From positions 1,798,001 through 1,862,000 of the forward strand of contig OX337232.1 of NCBI GenBank assembly GCA_946965045.2: a stretch of DNA of 64,000 nucleotides, written 5' to 3'. The notes beneath the pieces are model-generated. The model saw only the letters and a list, made by a program, of their open reading frames with translations. It did not search any database and was not told where the DNA came from. Positions 10,363-21,749 of the stretch are shown one piece after another. Numbering within the stretch: the first letter of the stretch is position 1; the number at the start of each line of letters is the position of its first letter. The translations under genes were made by a program, and so were the position numbers. This DNA is from Epithemia pelagica (lineage: Eukaryota > Protista > Bacillariophyta).

Positions 10363-12709
10363 AGCAGTTTTTACTTAGCATTGCTGTTACGGCGATGTTG
10401 AGAGAGAAACGTGCAGAGTTCGGCTTCCTCCAGTTGATACTGGAAAACCGTGATAAGACAACGCAGTGTCTGCTAGAGGAAACTATCCAGATATGAAACA
10501 GGGAATAAGACTATTTTTATGTCTCGCTCGGATTACTACGCACGCACCTGCATCTAGATGAGGGTTAGTTATGATTCCTATTTGTGATTGTTGCTGGTCC
10601 ATGCGCTATGGGAACAAACTTCACGTATTCATGATTCGCAGGAGTAGCTTAGCTCGTACGAGTAGGTAGCTTTCATGGAGTCCTTCAGGCTTCACCTTCA
10701 CACTCTAAATGGCGCGGGCTTTACGTATTCGTATTCGTTGAAGGAGTTCGTATGATGTAGCGGAGCTGTTCGCATCTCATGGTGGAGACCAAGACTTTCT
10801 CCTTCGGGCTTCACATTCTCACCGAAACCGAAGGGAACACCATTACCTCGGTTTTGTTGGCCAAGTCGCGGTAAAATCGCACCTTCTGATGGCCATTTGA
10901 CCGACAATTTTGCGATGACTAGAAATAGTCGACCTGGGTAGCTCCGTAGTAATCGGCAATGATCAGCGTTCCTTAAAGTTATGTTGGCCGAATGGCCATC
11001 ACAATTTCTGGTAGGTTGGCTACGTACAGACCAGATTCGGCAATGGAATCATGCTAATCTAGAGTGTCTACGAGTATCTACTAGCTAGAGCAAAGCAATA
11101 GAAGTAGATACGAAAGGCTACTGGCAATAGAGTAACTTGCCGTAGATGATACGGACTGTGTCTCTTGTGGTTATTACTACAGTTTGTAGAACAGAAAAGG
11201 GACAGGATGAAAAGCAGAGCCCATATTATATACTCCTAGGAGTATGGAGTTCGACTTGAGGATGCCCCAGGGAAAGAGGCACACCATCCGGCTGGATCCC
11301 TTGCCAGCACCACCCATGCCACCAGTGGATCAACAACCAACCATGGAGATGTATGGGGTATGGGGTGGGTGTCGAATGATACAACAGTGCAGTCCAATTT
11401 GGAACTGTTCTACGGTTAGCCGGACTCTTTGCTTTCCTGTAGGGTTTAAACTATCCATGTTGATTGATGAGGATCCATCTACTGGCAACCAATGGAAATA
11501 GCAATACATGAACAAGGCAAACACTATAGCTATACATTACACTGGGAGTAGGCAGAGAAGGTTGATACCTCTCGTACATTAGCTACCAGAAACACTCTTG
11601 TTTCTCGTCGGGTGCAAGGATCTCCCGGAACTCAAAGTATGTGGATTGCCACCACGGAATGGTAAAATGGGAGGTAAAAATGATGGATTTGGTCCCAGTG
11701 GTTCGGAGTCAAAGATAATTGATCATGCAAAAGAAAACAAACACATGAGTCATCCCACGATTCCACCATTGTGTCGGAAGGTAAACAGTAGCTATTGTAG
11801 ACAATCTGGCTCGAAAGTACGGAAACCAGAGGCTGCGATCAACAGTAGACCTTTCACTGTATCCACAACCTTTGCCATGTTGGCTTTATAGCCATCATCG
11901 GAATACTGGTCCTCGAACCAAGCCGAAGCCAATGGAGTAGTTTGTTTACTCCAAAACTTGAAATCTCCTTTGTGACGCGGGTAGTTTTCGCAACTAAGCC
12001 ATAGTCTGAAGTCCTCAGAAGTTAGATTCCAAATTCCATGCTCTACATACGTAACTGGTACATTTCCCTACATACGTAAATATACGTAGACTAGTACTGG
12101 ATGGTCGCTGTGGCCATCAATACTTCTACACGCCAAAGACCTAAGCTACGAGTCAAAAGTCAAAAGGGTTCGATGCAATGACCCTACCAGTTTCCTATCC
12201 GAACTCCTAACCAAGTTCATCCGAACCTCAAGGTCACCATGCCACTTTCTCTACTCGTAAAGAAGAAGCGTTATCCGCTATCCGACGAGTAAACTACGAG
12301 TACTGGTAGTCTATCAGTTTCAATGATTGTTTCCACGATCAAGACCTAAATACTAAATACGAGTATTCCCTAATGCTAATACGTACAAGTACAATACGAG
12401 TAGAGTACACTACTCTTATAATGAAATCATACAAGACCAAAATAGAAAGCCTTGCGCCACATCATTGCGAGTCAGGCTCGGAACCTCGAGCTTGGATCAA
12501 AGATTGGATCGCCCTGCGCGCACTTTCTGTGTCGACATCCGAATCAGAACAAACAAGACACATCAAACTACCGTCAATGCGAACCATGACCAACGGCAGT
12601 GCTTCAAATTCGGGTTCATGCAGACAGGAAACTATAACTTGATCGACAGATTCGAGGCTCATAATGTTGATCACAAACTTGTTGAGACTCACTGACCGTT
12701 CCGAACAGG

Positions 12710-14102
12710 ATGTTTTCCTACTCCATTCAATTTCTCATTCCCCTCGTGGGTTTGAGCTCATTCCACCAAACCGCCATGTTCGTCCACGGACAAGATGTTG
12801 TGGTGGCTGACTACGGCGTTGACTGCACCTTCCCGATTCATGGAAAGCAGCTTACTTGTGATGAGCGCTTTGGAGACGATCGGAAGAAGTTTTACGATGA
12901 TTTTATGCAGGGTTGCCGTGACCACTACGGTAAATCCGCCAAGAGATGCGACAGCACGGAGAACGACCGAATTGAGATGAGTCTCAGACAGCCACAATCG
13001 ATGGTCAACTTCACGTCAACGGGATTCAAAAAAATCCGGGCACCGCAGAGGACTATGGATTTGCTTCTTTCTCACTGGAATAGAAATCGAGACGACATGA
13101 AAAAAGAAGTCTGGGGAACCGGAAGCATTTATGTGTAAGTCTTCCGATGGATGCACCACACTCCCCTGTCAATATCTATTCTCACCGGATTTTTGTTCAC
13201 CAGTAACCACTGGGCTGCTCCGACGTACATGGTATCCGTCGAAGACACACGTCTCCGAGGAGGAGGTCCCACCCTCAAGAACCAGGTTTGGGACTCTGTC
13301 AAACCAGTACCTGAAGAGTGGACAAATATGGAACTGAAACCGACGTCTCAATATGGCATCCGTGTCTATACGACGGGAGCAGTGCTTTCCCCACATGTGG
13401 ATCGTCTTCCCCTCGTCAGCTCTTGTATTTTCAATGTTGCACAGGACTTGGATGAACCCTGGATTCTTGAAGTCATTGATCGTCAAGGCCATGCAGTGAA
13501 TGTCACGATGCATCCCGGTGACATGGTGCTCTATGAATCTGGATCTTTGATTCACGCTAGACCTTTCCCATTGAAGGGGAAATATTTTGCAAACATTTTC
13601 ATCCACTTCGAGCCCACTGGTCGCCCACTAGGCGATACAAGTGACGATTATTTGGAATCGCTTGATCCCTTTTTCCCACCCTACATTTTGAAGGGAAGTC
13701 CGGAAGAAGCAAATTGGGCTTCCAGGAACCCACATGGTTGGAGAAAGCCATCCCCATCCACACCTTTACAGCAGCTTTATTCCCCTGCAGGACACGCCGC
13801 AGCTGCAACCGGAGACATTATTCGTATCAAAGATCTAGCAAAAAAACGACAAGAAGGCCCTTACGTACCGTGACCAGAATGGATGGGAGCCAATCCATGA
13901 AGCAGTCCGTGGTGGACATGTGGAAGTTGTGAAGTTTCTCGTCAACAATGGAGGAGCTGATATTAACAGTCGCACTGGACGAACGAAACAAGGCAGTTCT
14001 CCATTGAACCTGGCCCTTGAGCATCTGAACGGTGGGCATGCCGTGACAAAGTTCCTCCTTAGCAATGGAGCACTGGATCACCGATTCGAGGAGGAATTGT
14101 AA
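12710..14102 (+). CDS. Secretory 2OG-Fe(II) oxygenase (prolyl 4-hydroxylase-like) with C-terminal ankyrin repeats; intron 13135-13203; apparent frameshift at ~13840-13846
   Basis: Signal peptide. YGIRVY...PHVDR (HxD) and LYES...HARP. After an A7 run the next frame gives DQNGWEPIHEAVRGGHVEVVKFLV (ankyrin). Ends EEEL. Confidence 0.8.
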
Positions 14103-14222
14103 GAGAGCATTTAAAAAAACGAAGGACAAAAAACAATTGAATTAGAAGTCAGATCAGACCCCAAGATACAATGATTGTGCACCCTTCAAGCAAGCTAGCA
14201 CGTACAGGGGAGCTGACCAAGC

Positions 14223-14363
14223 CATACACAAAAGGCAAGAATACACATGAAACGCATGAAACAGAATACATACAAAACTCTTACTTGGAAAGAAAAGAGC
14301 CGACAAAGTCACACACAAAAGACAAGAATACGCATGAAACAGAGTACATACAAAACTCTTACT
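14223..14363. repeat. Imperfect ~55-60 bp direct repeat in the intergenic/3' UTR region
   Basis: cacaaaag(g/a)caagaata...gcatgaaacaga(a/g)tacatacaaaactcttact occurs twice. Confidence 0.8.
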
Positions 14364-14638
14364 AGAAAAAATGAAGGTTCTAACTTGTACAACGCTAAAT
14401 GATTATATCAGGAGATTGAAACTCCTTATGTTTTTGTAAGCCTGCCAAACTAACTTCCACGAATTGTATCTTATGATGTGCTATGACATATTCACTATTG
14501 ACATTATTCATTTTATCATATATACGAATCAATCCTCCCATGCTTTTCAGTATGCATAGGGACTTCCCCCACGACGTTGGTTCTGTACTAGTTACCACTG
14601 ATATTCGGTTCAATTGCCATGCCTTCGAGTCACGGCCT

Positions 14639-16240
14639 CTACAACCACTTTGGTCGGATGTCGAACTCCTTCTCCCCCTTCTTATTCTTTCGGAAAGAAG
14701 GCGCAGTCCAGGAGAATCCGAGGTCGTTGAGACGTTGAATGCGTTCGTCGGTGATCTGACAGCGGTCACCTTTTTGCCGAAGGGTGTACTGGCAGCGCTG
14801 CTTCATGACCCATCGACCCAATTGTCGATTTTCCGGCCAGGCTTGAGGGACATTGCAATCTCCATGCAATCGCTTGTACTCCACCAACTCTTCGTAACGG
14901 TGTTCCCACCCGGCGGCAGGAGGAGCTACCTTCCATTGGAAACCGATACTGTTCAACTGAGCAATACGCTCTTCCGACAAAGTTGGACGAGGCTTGGTGC
15001 GGTTCTGAGGAAGAGCCCCCTGTGCTCGAAGCTGCGTCTCACGGTAGTTCTCTCGTTGCATCTTTACCCATTTGCCAAGAGGTGTAGACTGAGGCGCGTT
15101 GCAGTGACCATTTTCCCGCTTGTAAGCAACCAATTCTTCAAACTGACGCTTCCAACGAGCATCAGAATCGAACTGCTGTAAATCCCAAATGAAATCAATA
15201 TTACGAAGAATCATCAAACGCTCTTCTGTCAGATCAGCTGTAGGATAGCCCTTTTGCAGGCTGCTGTACTGGCTCCGCAACGAGGCTACCCACCGCCCGA
15301 GTGCCGACTTGTTGTCGACTGGAACACGACAGTGACCTTCCCTTGAACGGAAAGCCATGAGCTCGTACAGCATGTCATTGAAAGGCTTGATTGGTTCCGC
15401 TTTTCTTCGCGCTCGCTTGGTTTTTTCTGGACCTTCAGGGAGACCAGCTTCTGAGCTTCTACGAATATTGCCTGGATGACCCATTGCAGCGCTCAAATCC
15501 ATCGCAACATCCGGCGGTATTTCACCTGGATGATGATGATGCATGTCAGCGTCATCAATCTTGGGAAGGACAGAAACAATGTCAGCAGCTTTCATATCCT
15601 CTTCCGTTTTTAAAGCTTCAGGTTTCTTGTCTCCATCGAGACCTTGCGTGGTTGTTGCCACGGCTTCACCAGCTTCAACTGCTGCCACGGCGGCTTCACC
15701 GGCAATCGCAACAATATCAGCTTCCGTCGCTGTGGGAGTCTCGCCAATCATGTTAGAAGGTGCAGGCATTATATTGGAAGGAGAAGGCAGCACATTGCCA
15801 GGTCCATGTAGTATATTGGAAGGGGCAGGCATCACAGAAGGAGAGGCCATCACATTCGGGGAAGAAGGGTCGGCATGATTCGAATGGGGATGATGAGGAA
15901 CATGGAGTCCATGATTTGGTAATCCTCCACCAACTTCCCCATTTTCGTCATTTAGACCAATTTGATTAAGGATCTGACCAGGAACAACATCCTTCGTAAC
16001 ATCATCTACATTATGAGCGATATGATGCTGAGGATCTTGTGGTTGCATGTGATCGCTGGCGTGAGGAGCCTCGCGAGTCATGTGAACATTGGCTCCATGT
16101 TCTCCCTGGACCGCAGCAGCAATATCGCGGTCGGTCACAGCCGCAATTCCATTGTAATGGCCATCATCACCATGATGGCTGGATGATGGAGGGAGTGCAT
16201 TCGCATCCACACCCTCATTGACTTTAACAGACTCCTCCAT
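14639..16240 (-). CDS. Helicase-associated (HA) domain protein, three HA repeats after a disordered His/Pro-rich N-terminus
   Basis: Repeats of W...(F/Y)EEL..YK...G(H/D)C.VP....LG.WV..QR......L.EERI..L..IGF.W. First ATG at 16240. Confidence 0.9.
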   Translation of the reverse strand: MEESVKVNEGVDANALPPSSSHHGDDGHYNGIAAVTDRDIAAAVQGEHGANVHMTREAPHASDHMQPQDPQHHIAHNVDDVTKDVVPGQILNQIGLNDENGEVGGGLPNHGLHVPHHPHSNHADPSSPNVMASPSVMPAPSNILHGPGNVLPSPSNIMPAPSNMIGETPTATEADIVAIAGEAAVAAVEAGEAVATTTQGLDGDKKPEALKTEEDMKAADIVSVLPKIDDADMHHHHPGEIPPDVAMDLSAAMGHPGNIRRSSEAGLPEGPEKTKRARRKAEPIKPFNDMLYELMAFRSREGHCRVPVDNKSALGRWVASLRSQYSSLQKGYPTADLTEERLMILRNIDFIWDLQQFDSDARWKRQFEELVAYKRENGHCNAPQSTPLGKWVKMQRENYRETQLRAQGALPQNRTKPRPTLSEERIAQLNSIGFQWKVAPPAAGWEHRYEELVEYKRLHGDCNVPQAWPENRQLGRWVMKQRCQYTLRQKGDRCQITDERIQRLNDLGFSWTAPSFRKNKKGEKEFDIRPKWL

Positions 16241-17088
16241 GTTCAAAATACTATGTAGCAGGGGACACGAGAGGTTGTTGTTGGGAATCAAACTGCTTTG
16301 GTTGTGATTGCTGCGGTTCACGATAGGAAAACCAAGCGATCATTTGACGTTCTATGCACGCTTGCCAAACGGCCTCGCCCGAAAAGGCTTTCACTCTTCA
16401 AACGGCATGTACACTTTAGCAAATATAAGATGCCCAACTATACCATAAAATGTACCAATTTCCGTTAAGGGGCATATATAGTGTAGAAGTCACAGTCAGT
16501 CTATATGATCTGAAGTGTAGTTCTGTCGAAAAAAGACAACGACAAGATTTCAAATAAACAGATGGAGCTAGGTCCTCTACCTTACTCCTACTTCTCTATA
16601 TTAATACTCCCACTGCTCTTTACTCTCTACTACTCCTAGAAGCAACCTGACGGTTTGGCGCATGAGTCACGCCATAAATTCTGAGTCACGACCATGTTGC
16701 CGTATTTCAATGTTAAGCAGCGGAATCGACAGAGCTCGACGAGCTCTATCTGGTGATAACCTTTATTTTGAAAAAGATAAATGCCCGGTCGAGTTATTCA
16801 GGATTTTCTGGATTTCTGGATTCTGGCAAATATCTGGTCTACCTGACAATTTGGCACCGCGATAGCCCGTACTAATTTGGACCAAAATGTTTATACGGGC
16901 TATCACGTGAATTAACACGTAACTTCTCACTGTAACACTAATTAATCGGATTTTGTTCCCTATTCATTGTCTTTCATGTCCTTCATGGCTTTCTCAATAG
17001 ACAGGATCAAGTTCTTGTTGTTAATTCTACTGCTGGTTCCCTTCGAGTCGAGATAGATGCCAGTTCTGTTGGACAAGACACAGCGAGA

Positions 17089-17406
17089 ATGTCAACAGCG
17101 GTTCCTGCGTGTATCATCAGGTCTGTTTGGTATGAGTACAATGGTCAGAAGGAGATGCCTGTGTCCTTTGATTACCTCAAGATGATCTGTGGTGCTGTTT
17201 GTCCTGTCTTCAACAAAGAATCCAAGATTAAGTTGGGTATCAGAATGAAGGTTCATCTCGATGAACACGAATCCAATCATCACATAGGGTTTAGCATGAT
17301 GTACACGATGTGTGCTGATAATGATACTGTTGGAGCTGAAGGTAGACGTTGCATGTTGACAACAATGAAGTTGTTGGGTACACACTATGCATTCACGTTA
17401 CCTTGA
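17089..17406 (+). CDS. Hypothetical protein or gene fragment (frame open upstream to ~16980)
   Basis: Stop-free, protein-like composition, preceded by a pyrimidine tract ending in AG at ~17000. No recognised family. Confidence 0.3.
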   Translation: MSTAVPACIIRSVWYEYNGQKEMPVSFDYLKMICGAVCPVFNKESKIKLGIRMKVHLDEHESNHHIGFSMMYTMCADNDTVGAEGRRCMLTTMKLLGTHYAFTLP

Positions 17407-18021
17407 TGGATGCTGACTTTGTCATTATCGTTTCTTACTAGACTGCACCAAATCTGATCGAGACTGTGTGTGGGCAGGTAGCTGAGTTAGACTACCAATT
17501 TAAACTTTCCTTCATCCATTTGGCGACAAAAACACATTTTGAAGTGCCCAATCGACAGATCTCGTTCTGGGCTTTTGAATGACACCTCAAATTCCAAAAT
17601 TGGTTAAGTAGAAGTTAAGTTATAAATTGTCAAAGTTTTCTACGGTGGCATCGCGGTGACCCCAGAAATCCGCCCACCAAATTTAGTCAGACTGCCAAAT
17701 CTTAGTCAGGTTCCTTCTAGCTCTCTAGAGTAGAGGAATACCTTTTAGTCTACTCCTACTAGCTATCTAGAGTATACTCTTACTCCTAGTCTAGAGTAAG
17801 TCTCGCAATAGAGCACCAAGGGTAAAGGGGCTACTCCAAGGTAATAGCATCATGACTGATCACCACGACACTTCTAGGAGTAGTTTTATAAGGGCTTCAT
17901 CATGGAACGTGACGAGCCATATTCCAAGAGTCCAGGCATCTCGATATGTTGCAACTCTATGGACACGTTTTCTATCAAAAACGAGTTTCAGCTTGGGATC
18001 CCACATGTCCTCAACAAAGGT

Positions 18022-19069
18022 TCAAAGGATCTCCAAGACAGAGGGCAACGCACGAGGTTGACGAGAAGATGTGCTATTCGCCGGTTTGTCTTCGAGAACT
18101 TCCAGCACAGAATCGTCATCTTCCTTATCGTCATTCTTTGGACAAACACCTTCGTCAATATTTGACTCCATGTGAACATCCCTGAATGCACGTGGAACAC
18201 CTCCAGTTTGTTCTTCGTTCGAGAATGTCAAGCATAGAATGGTTTAGCAAACTAGCTCTCATTTCAGTGAAGTGCACTCCACACTTACCCGAAAGACAAA
18301 ACAAAGCTTTCTCGACTCGTCCAACCTCTTCCAATAGTAGCGACTTAAAGTCTTCTGTCCCGTCTTCCGAGCCGCATGAGTTAATTGAGCTGCAGACTTT
18401 ATGTGTGAAGTAAGCCCTGCCCAGAGCCGAGTACCACCGACATGCCTTCTTTTCAAGATTCAACAATCGAAGAACCAACCGTTTGTCATCAATGACTTGC
18501 TGCTGTGTATTGTTTCCATTGCAAGAATTCAGCAAAAGCTCTAGTCGCTTTGCACAATCGGAGTTATTGAGAATACAAGATCGAGGAAAGAATTGAGTTT
18601 TCCAATCATCCAAGAAAGCAGATTCCAGGCTTTGATTTAGATCTTGTCGTTGTCTAGCGAGATCTTGTTCATGCTGTTGTTCTGACATCAAGCGCGCGTC
18701 ATCCAGAGCCCTTGCTTCCGCCAGGAGAGCACGATGATTTTGGATTTCCGTCACAATGTGCTCAACCATCAATGGGCTTTGGCCGTGCTCCTCCTGCTCC
18801 CGGCGCAGAGCCAGTCTCCGAATGGTTCTCAATATTTCGCGTGTACTCTTGAACGGAGAGTTCGGAAGATGAAGAACGCCATTCAAAAGACGCGATTCTT
18901 CCTCATTGATAGGGATTCTTTCACGGTCCCGTTCGTCCGCATCAATCACGACAACTTCGCCTTGACGACGAAACGGCACGGCGTTGCTGGAATCTCGTTT
19001 TCGTTTCATTTGCTTGGTTTTTGGTTTCTTCCTTCTTTCCTCTACCTTCGCTGTTTCTTCTGAGGACAT
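18022..19069 (-). CDS. Hypothetical protein, paralog A of head-to-head pair; exons 19069-18289, 18212-18022
   Basis: GT-AG intron 18213-18288 joins LCLS/E-QTGGVPRAF. Shares motifs with the 19542 gene. Confidence 0.75.
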
Positions 19070-19541
19070 TGTACGATGCAAGGTCACTCTGCCTATGTTG
19101 GTGGTCTGTTACGTCGAGCTCTTGATCTATTCTGATCTCCAATCTCCAAGCTACCGCGTTTTCCGTTTTCTCTGCGCGTTGTGGAGTTTGGAGACACAAT
19201 CGCGAGCCCGTAGTTCGGTAAAAATTTCTAGCGATATTCTTATTCATGAACGAAGGACATTTCAGAGACTTATATCAAATATCTAATCCTTTTCGATGGC
19301 TTAGCGCTAGAATGTGATTTGTTTGGACCCCATCCCCCAGCGGGGGTGGTTTCGAACGGGTAGTTTCAGTCATGCATTACACCCAATAAGTCAACACCGC
19401 TGGGGAGTTTTCTCTTCCCCCGCCTCCAAATGGCGGTGCATGCGCGCTACACATCGACAAGAGCGACCAAGAGAACGAGCAACCAGCCGGGTCCATTTTT
19501 TCCAAGTTGCAACGCGAGCATTATCATAGAGTTGATGCGTG

Positions 19542-21320
19542 ATGGACTTGAACGAAGGTCAGGGAAGCAAATGCATCCCACCAGAAGCGGCATCTTTTAT
19601 TGCCCATGTACTTTACCTGTTCTGGGAGAGAACGGAAAATATCGCACACATTGCACGGTATGGATCTTTAACAACATTCAGCTCTAACCTGGGAGGTCCT
19701 TCCGGCATGCGTATCCTGTATAAACATATGCTAAGGCGGGTATGGAATGACATGCGAAGGATACCATACTTTGCTGCGAAAATAAAGCGAGGTGGTGAAA
19801 GTATCAAATCTTTTTCAAATCTCAACAAAAATGGTATGATCCGCCAAATTGCTGCCCAGTTCTTCCAGACTGATGGCGTGAACGTAGATCAGAGTGCAAT
19901 GCAATCGCTCTCCTCCTATACTCAGGGATTGGAACCTCAATATCAAAGGCTTTTGTTGAATAGACAGCAGAAGGAAGCCTCGACAGAAAGCCAAGCTTCA
20001 CATTCGGAACCACGTTCAAGCCAGAGGTCTCAGAGCCTTCGCAGTCCTCATCCTCTAATTCCAGTGGTTCCACATGTAGTGAATCAAGTATCCTTCCCTC
20101 CAATCATACCTTATGCTCCTCCCGTTTACCATTATCCGCCCTTCCATCCTCGGCACATTCCGAATGGTCCTAATCCTCATCCTGCTGGTCTCGCTCAAAC
20201 AGCACCAAGAAACTCTTTTGTGAGCAATCCTCCCACCAACTCGTCAACAAACCAACCGTCTCTCAAAACGCCTGATGTAAAGACCATGGACAGAAAAACA
20301 GTCAAGCAAGAGGATGATGCCGATCTTGAAGATGAATCTGTTCCACGCGATGACCAAGAATCGCATTTGTTACGAACTCTGACTCAAATGGGTTTCACCG
20401 ATCAGCAGGAAATTCTAGATTCCATTAGACGGGTGAAATTCAAAAGAAACTCGAACTGCGTCACACCGACTATCTTCCATCAATCAATATCGGCTGATAA
20501 TGTCATGTTGAGTATAATATCACAACGTGAGGAATCAGAGCTTGCTCGACAAACTGATCTTGCAAGAACCGAATCCGAACGGTCCCGAAAGGAAGAGGCG
20601 TCTCGTCGTCGTTTGCTGGCTGCTCAAGAAAAAGAACAGAAACTACGAAGTGCCTCTCTTTCTAACTGGAAAAAAAACAAGGAATTTTTCGCAAGGTCGT
20701 GGGTTTTGGCAGACGAAACTGTTTTCGATTCACTGTTGGAACAAGCTGATTACGAAGAAAACAAACATCATCCCGTCAAAGAAGCTCTCCTTCTCCTACT
20801 CAAATTGGAACGGGATTCTCGCAAATGGTACAAGGATGTTCCTTGTACGTACTTTACTTCAGTCGTCAATTCCAGTATTTTGGCCTCAAGCAGACCAAAA
20901 GAACTCGTAGAATATTTGAATCACGAAATAGACAAGATAAAGCACGCTTTGTGCAGTCTTGAAGGTACAGTTGGGATTTGTTTTATTTGGGTTGAAATAC
21001 GCTGTATGTAGCTTTCTCACACTCACGCGAACTTTCTCATACAAAAATTACATTCGACAGAGCAAAAGGAAGGCGTGCCCCGCATATACCTGGAAGCCTA
21101 TGACCGACAGCATGACAGTTTAAAGAAAAAACTGAGAGGTCTTGAAGGCGATGCGAATGATGCGGATGATGATGACGATTTCATAGAGGTGGTAGATGCG
21201 CCAAAAACCACTGGTTGTCACCCTATTCAATCGTCACCATCTCAACTAAAGCATGTGAGCCAGCAGTATCCTCCACGAAAATCGAGTTCATCTCGCAATG
21301 TTATTGAGATTTTGGATTAG
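19542..21320 (+). CDS. Hypothetical protein with UBA-like segment, paralog B of head-to-head pair; exons 19542-20964, 21061-21320
   Basis: LRTLTQMGFTDQQEI is UBA-like (MGF). Intron 20965-21060 joins LCSLE/E-QKEGVPRIY. Start codon uncertain. Confidence 0.75.
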
Positions 21321-21749
21321 ATGTATTCAAATCCTGGCTTGAATTGCTGTGCTCTGGCAGCGATTGACTGATCACCCTTGAGAAGTTTCATTCGGCTTCA
21401 TGCTTGATTTTAGTGGTCGACTGATCTGTTTCCATCACTAGCTAGAAGTAGGAGGTTTCTTGCACTGTTACCCTTTTTGTGAGCACGAGGGAACAACAGC
21501 GATATTGCTTCGCGTATCTCATAAGTTTCGGAAATAGAATTGAAGCTTATTGTATTGTGTTTCAATTACTCTTGTTTTATGTTTGATTTTATTCTTGGCA
21601 TACATCTATTTTTGGACCCTCCCCTGATCCCCTTTTGAGTATCTGGATTTAGATCCAATGCTCCTGTTACACCCATGTTTCAACCTCCCTAAAATCTTCC
21701 CAGGCATTCCTCTAACATGTTCGACCACATCGATCACGTCATTCCACGA

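Noticed and set aside
10400-12700. 2.3-kb intergenic region with several 60-100-aa ORFs
   Set aside because: No motifs, TIRs, LTRs or RNA-gene structure recognised.
13840-13846. Programmed ribosomal frameshifting at the A-runs (13840, 46624)
   Set aside because: No stimulatory structure is evident, and two +1 A-run shifts in one window are more simply explained by assembly error.
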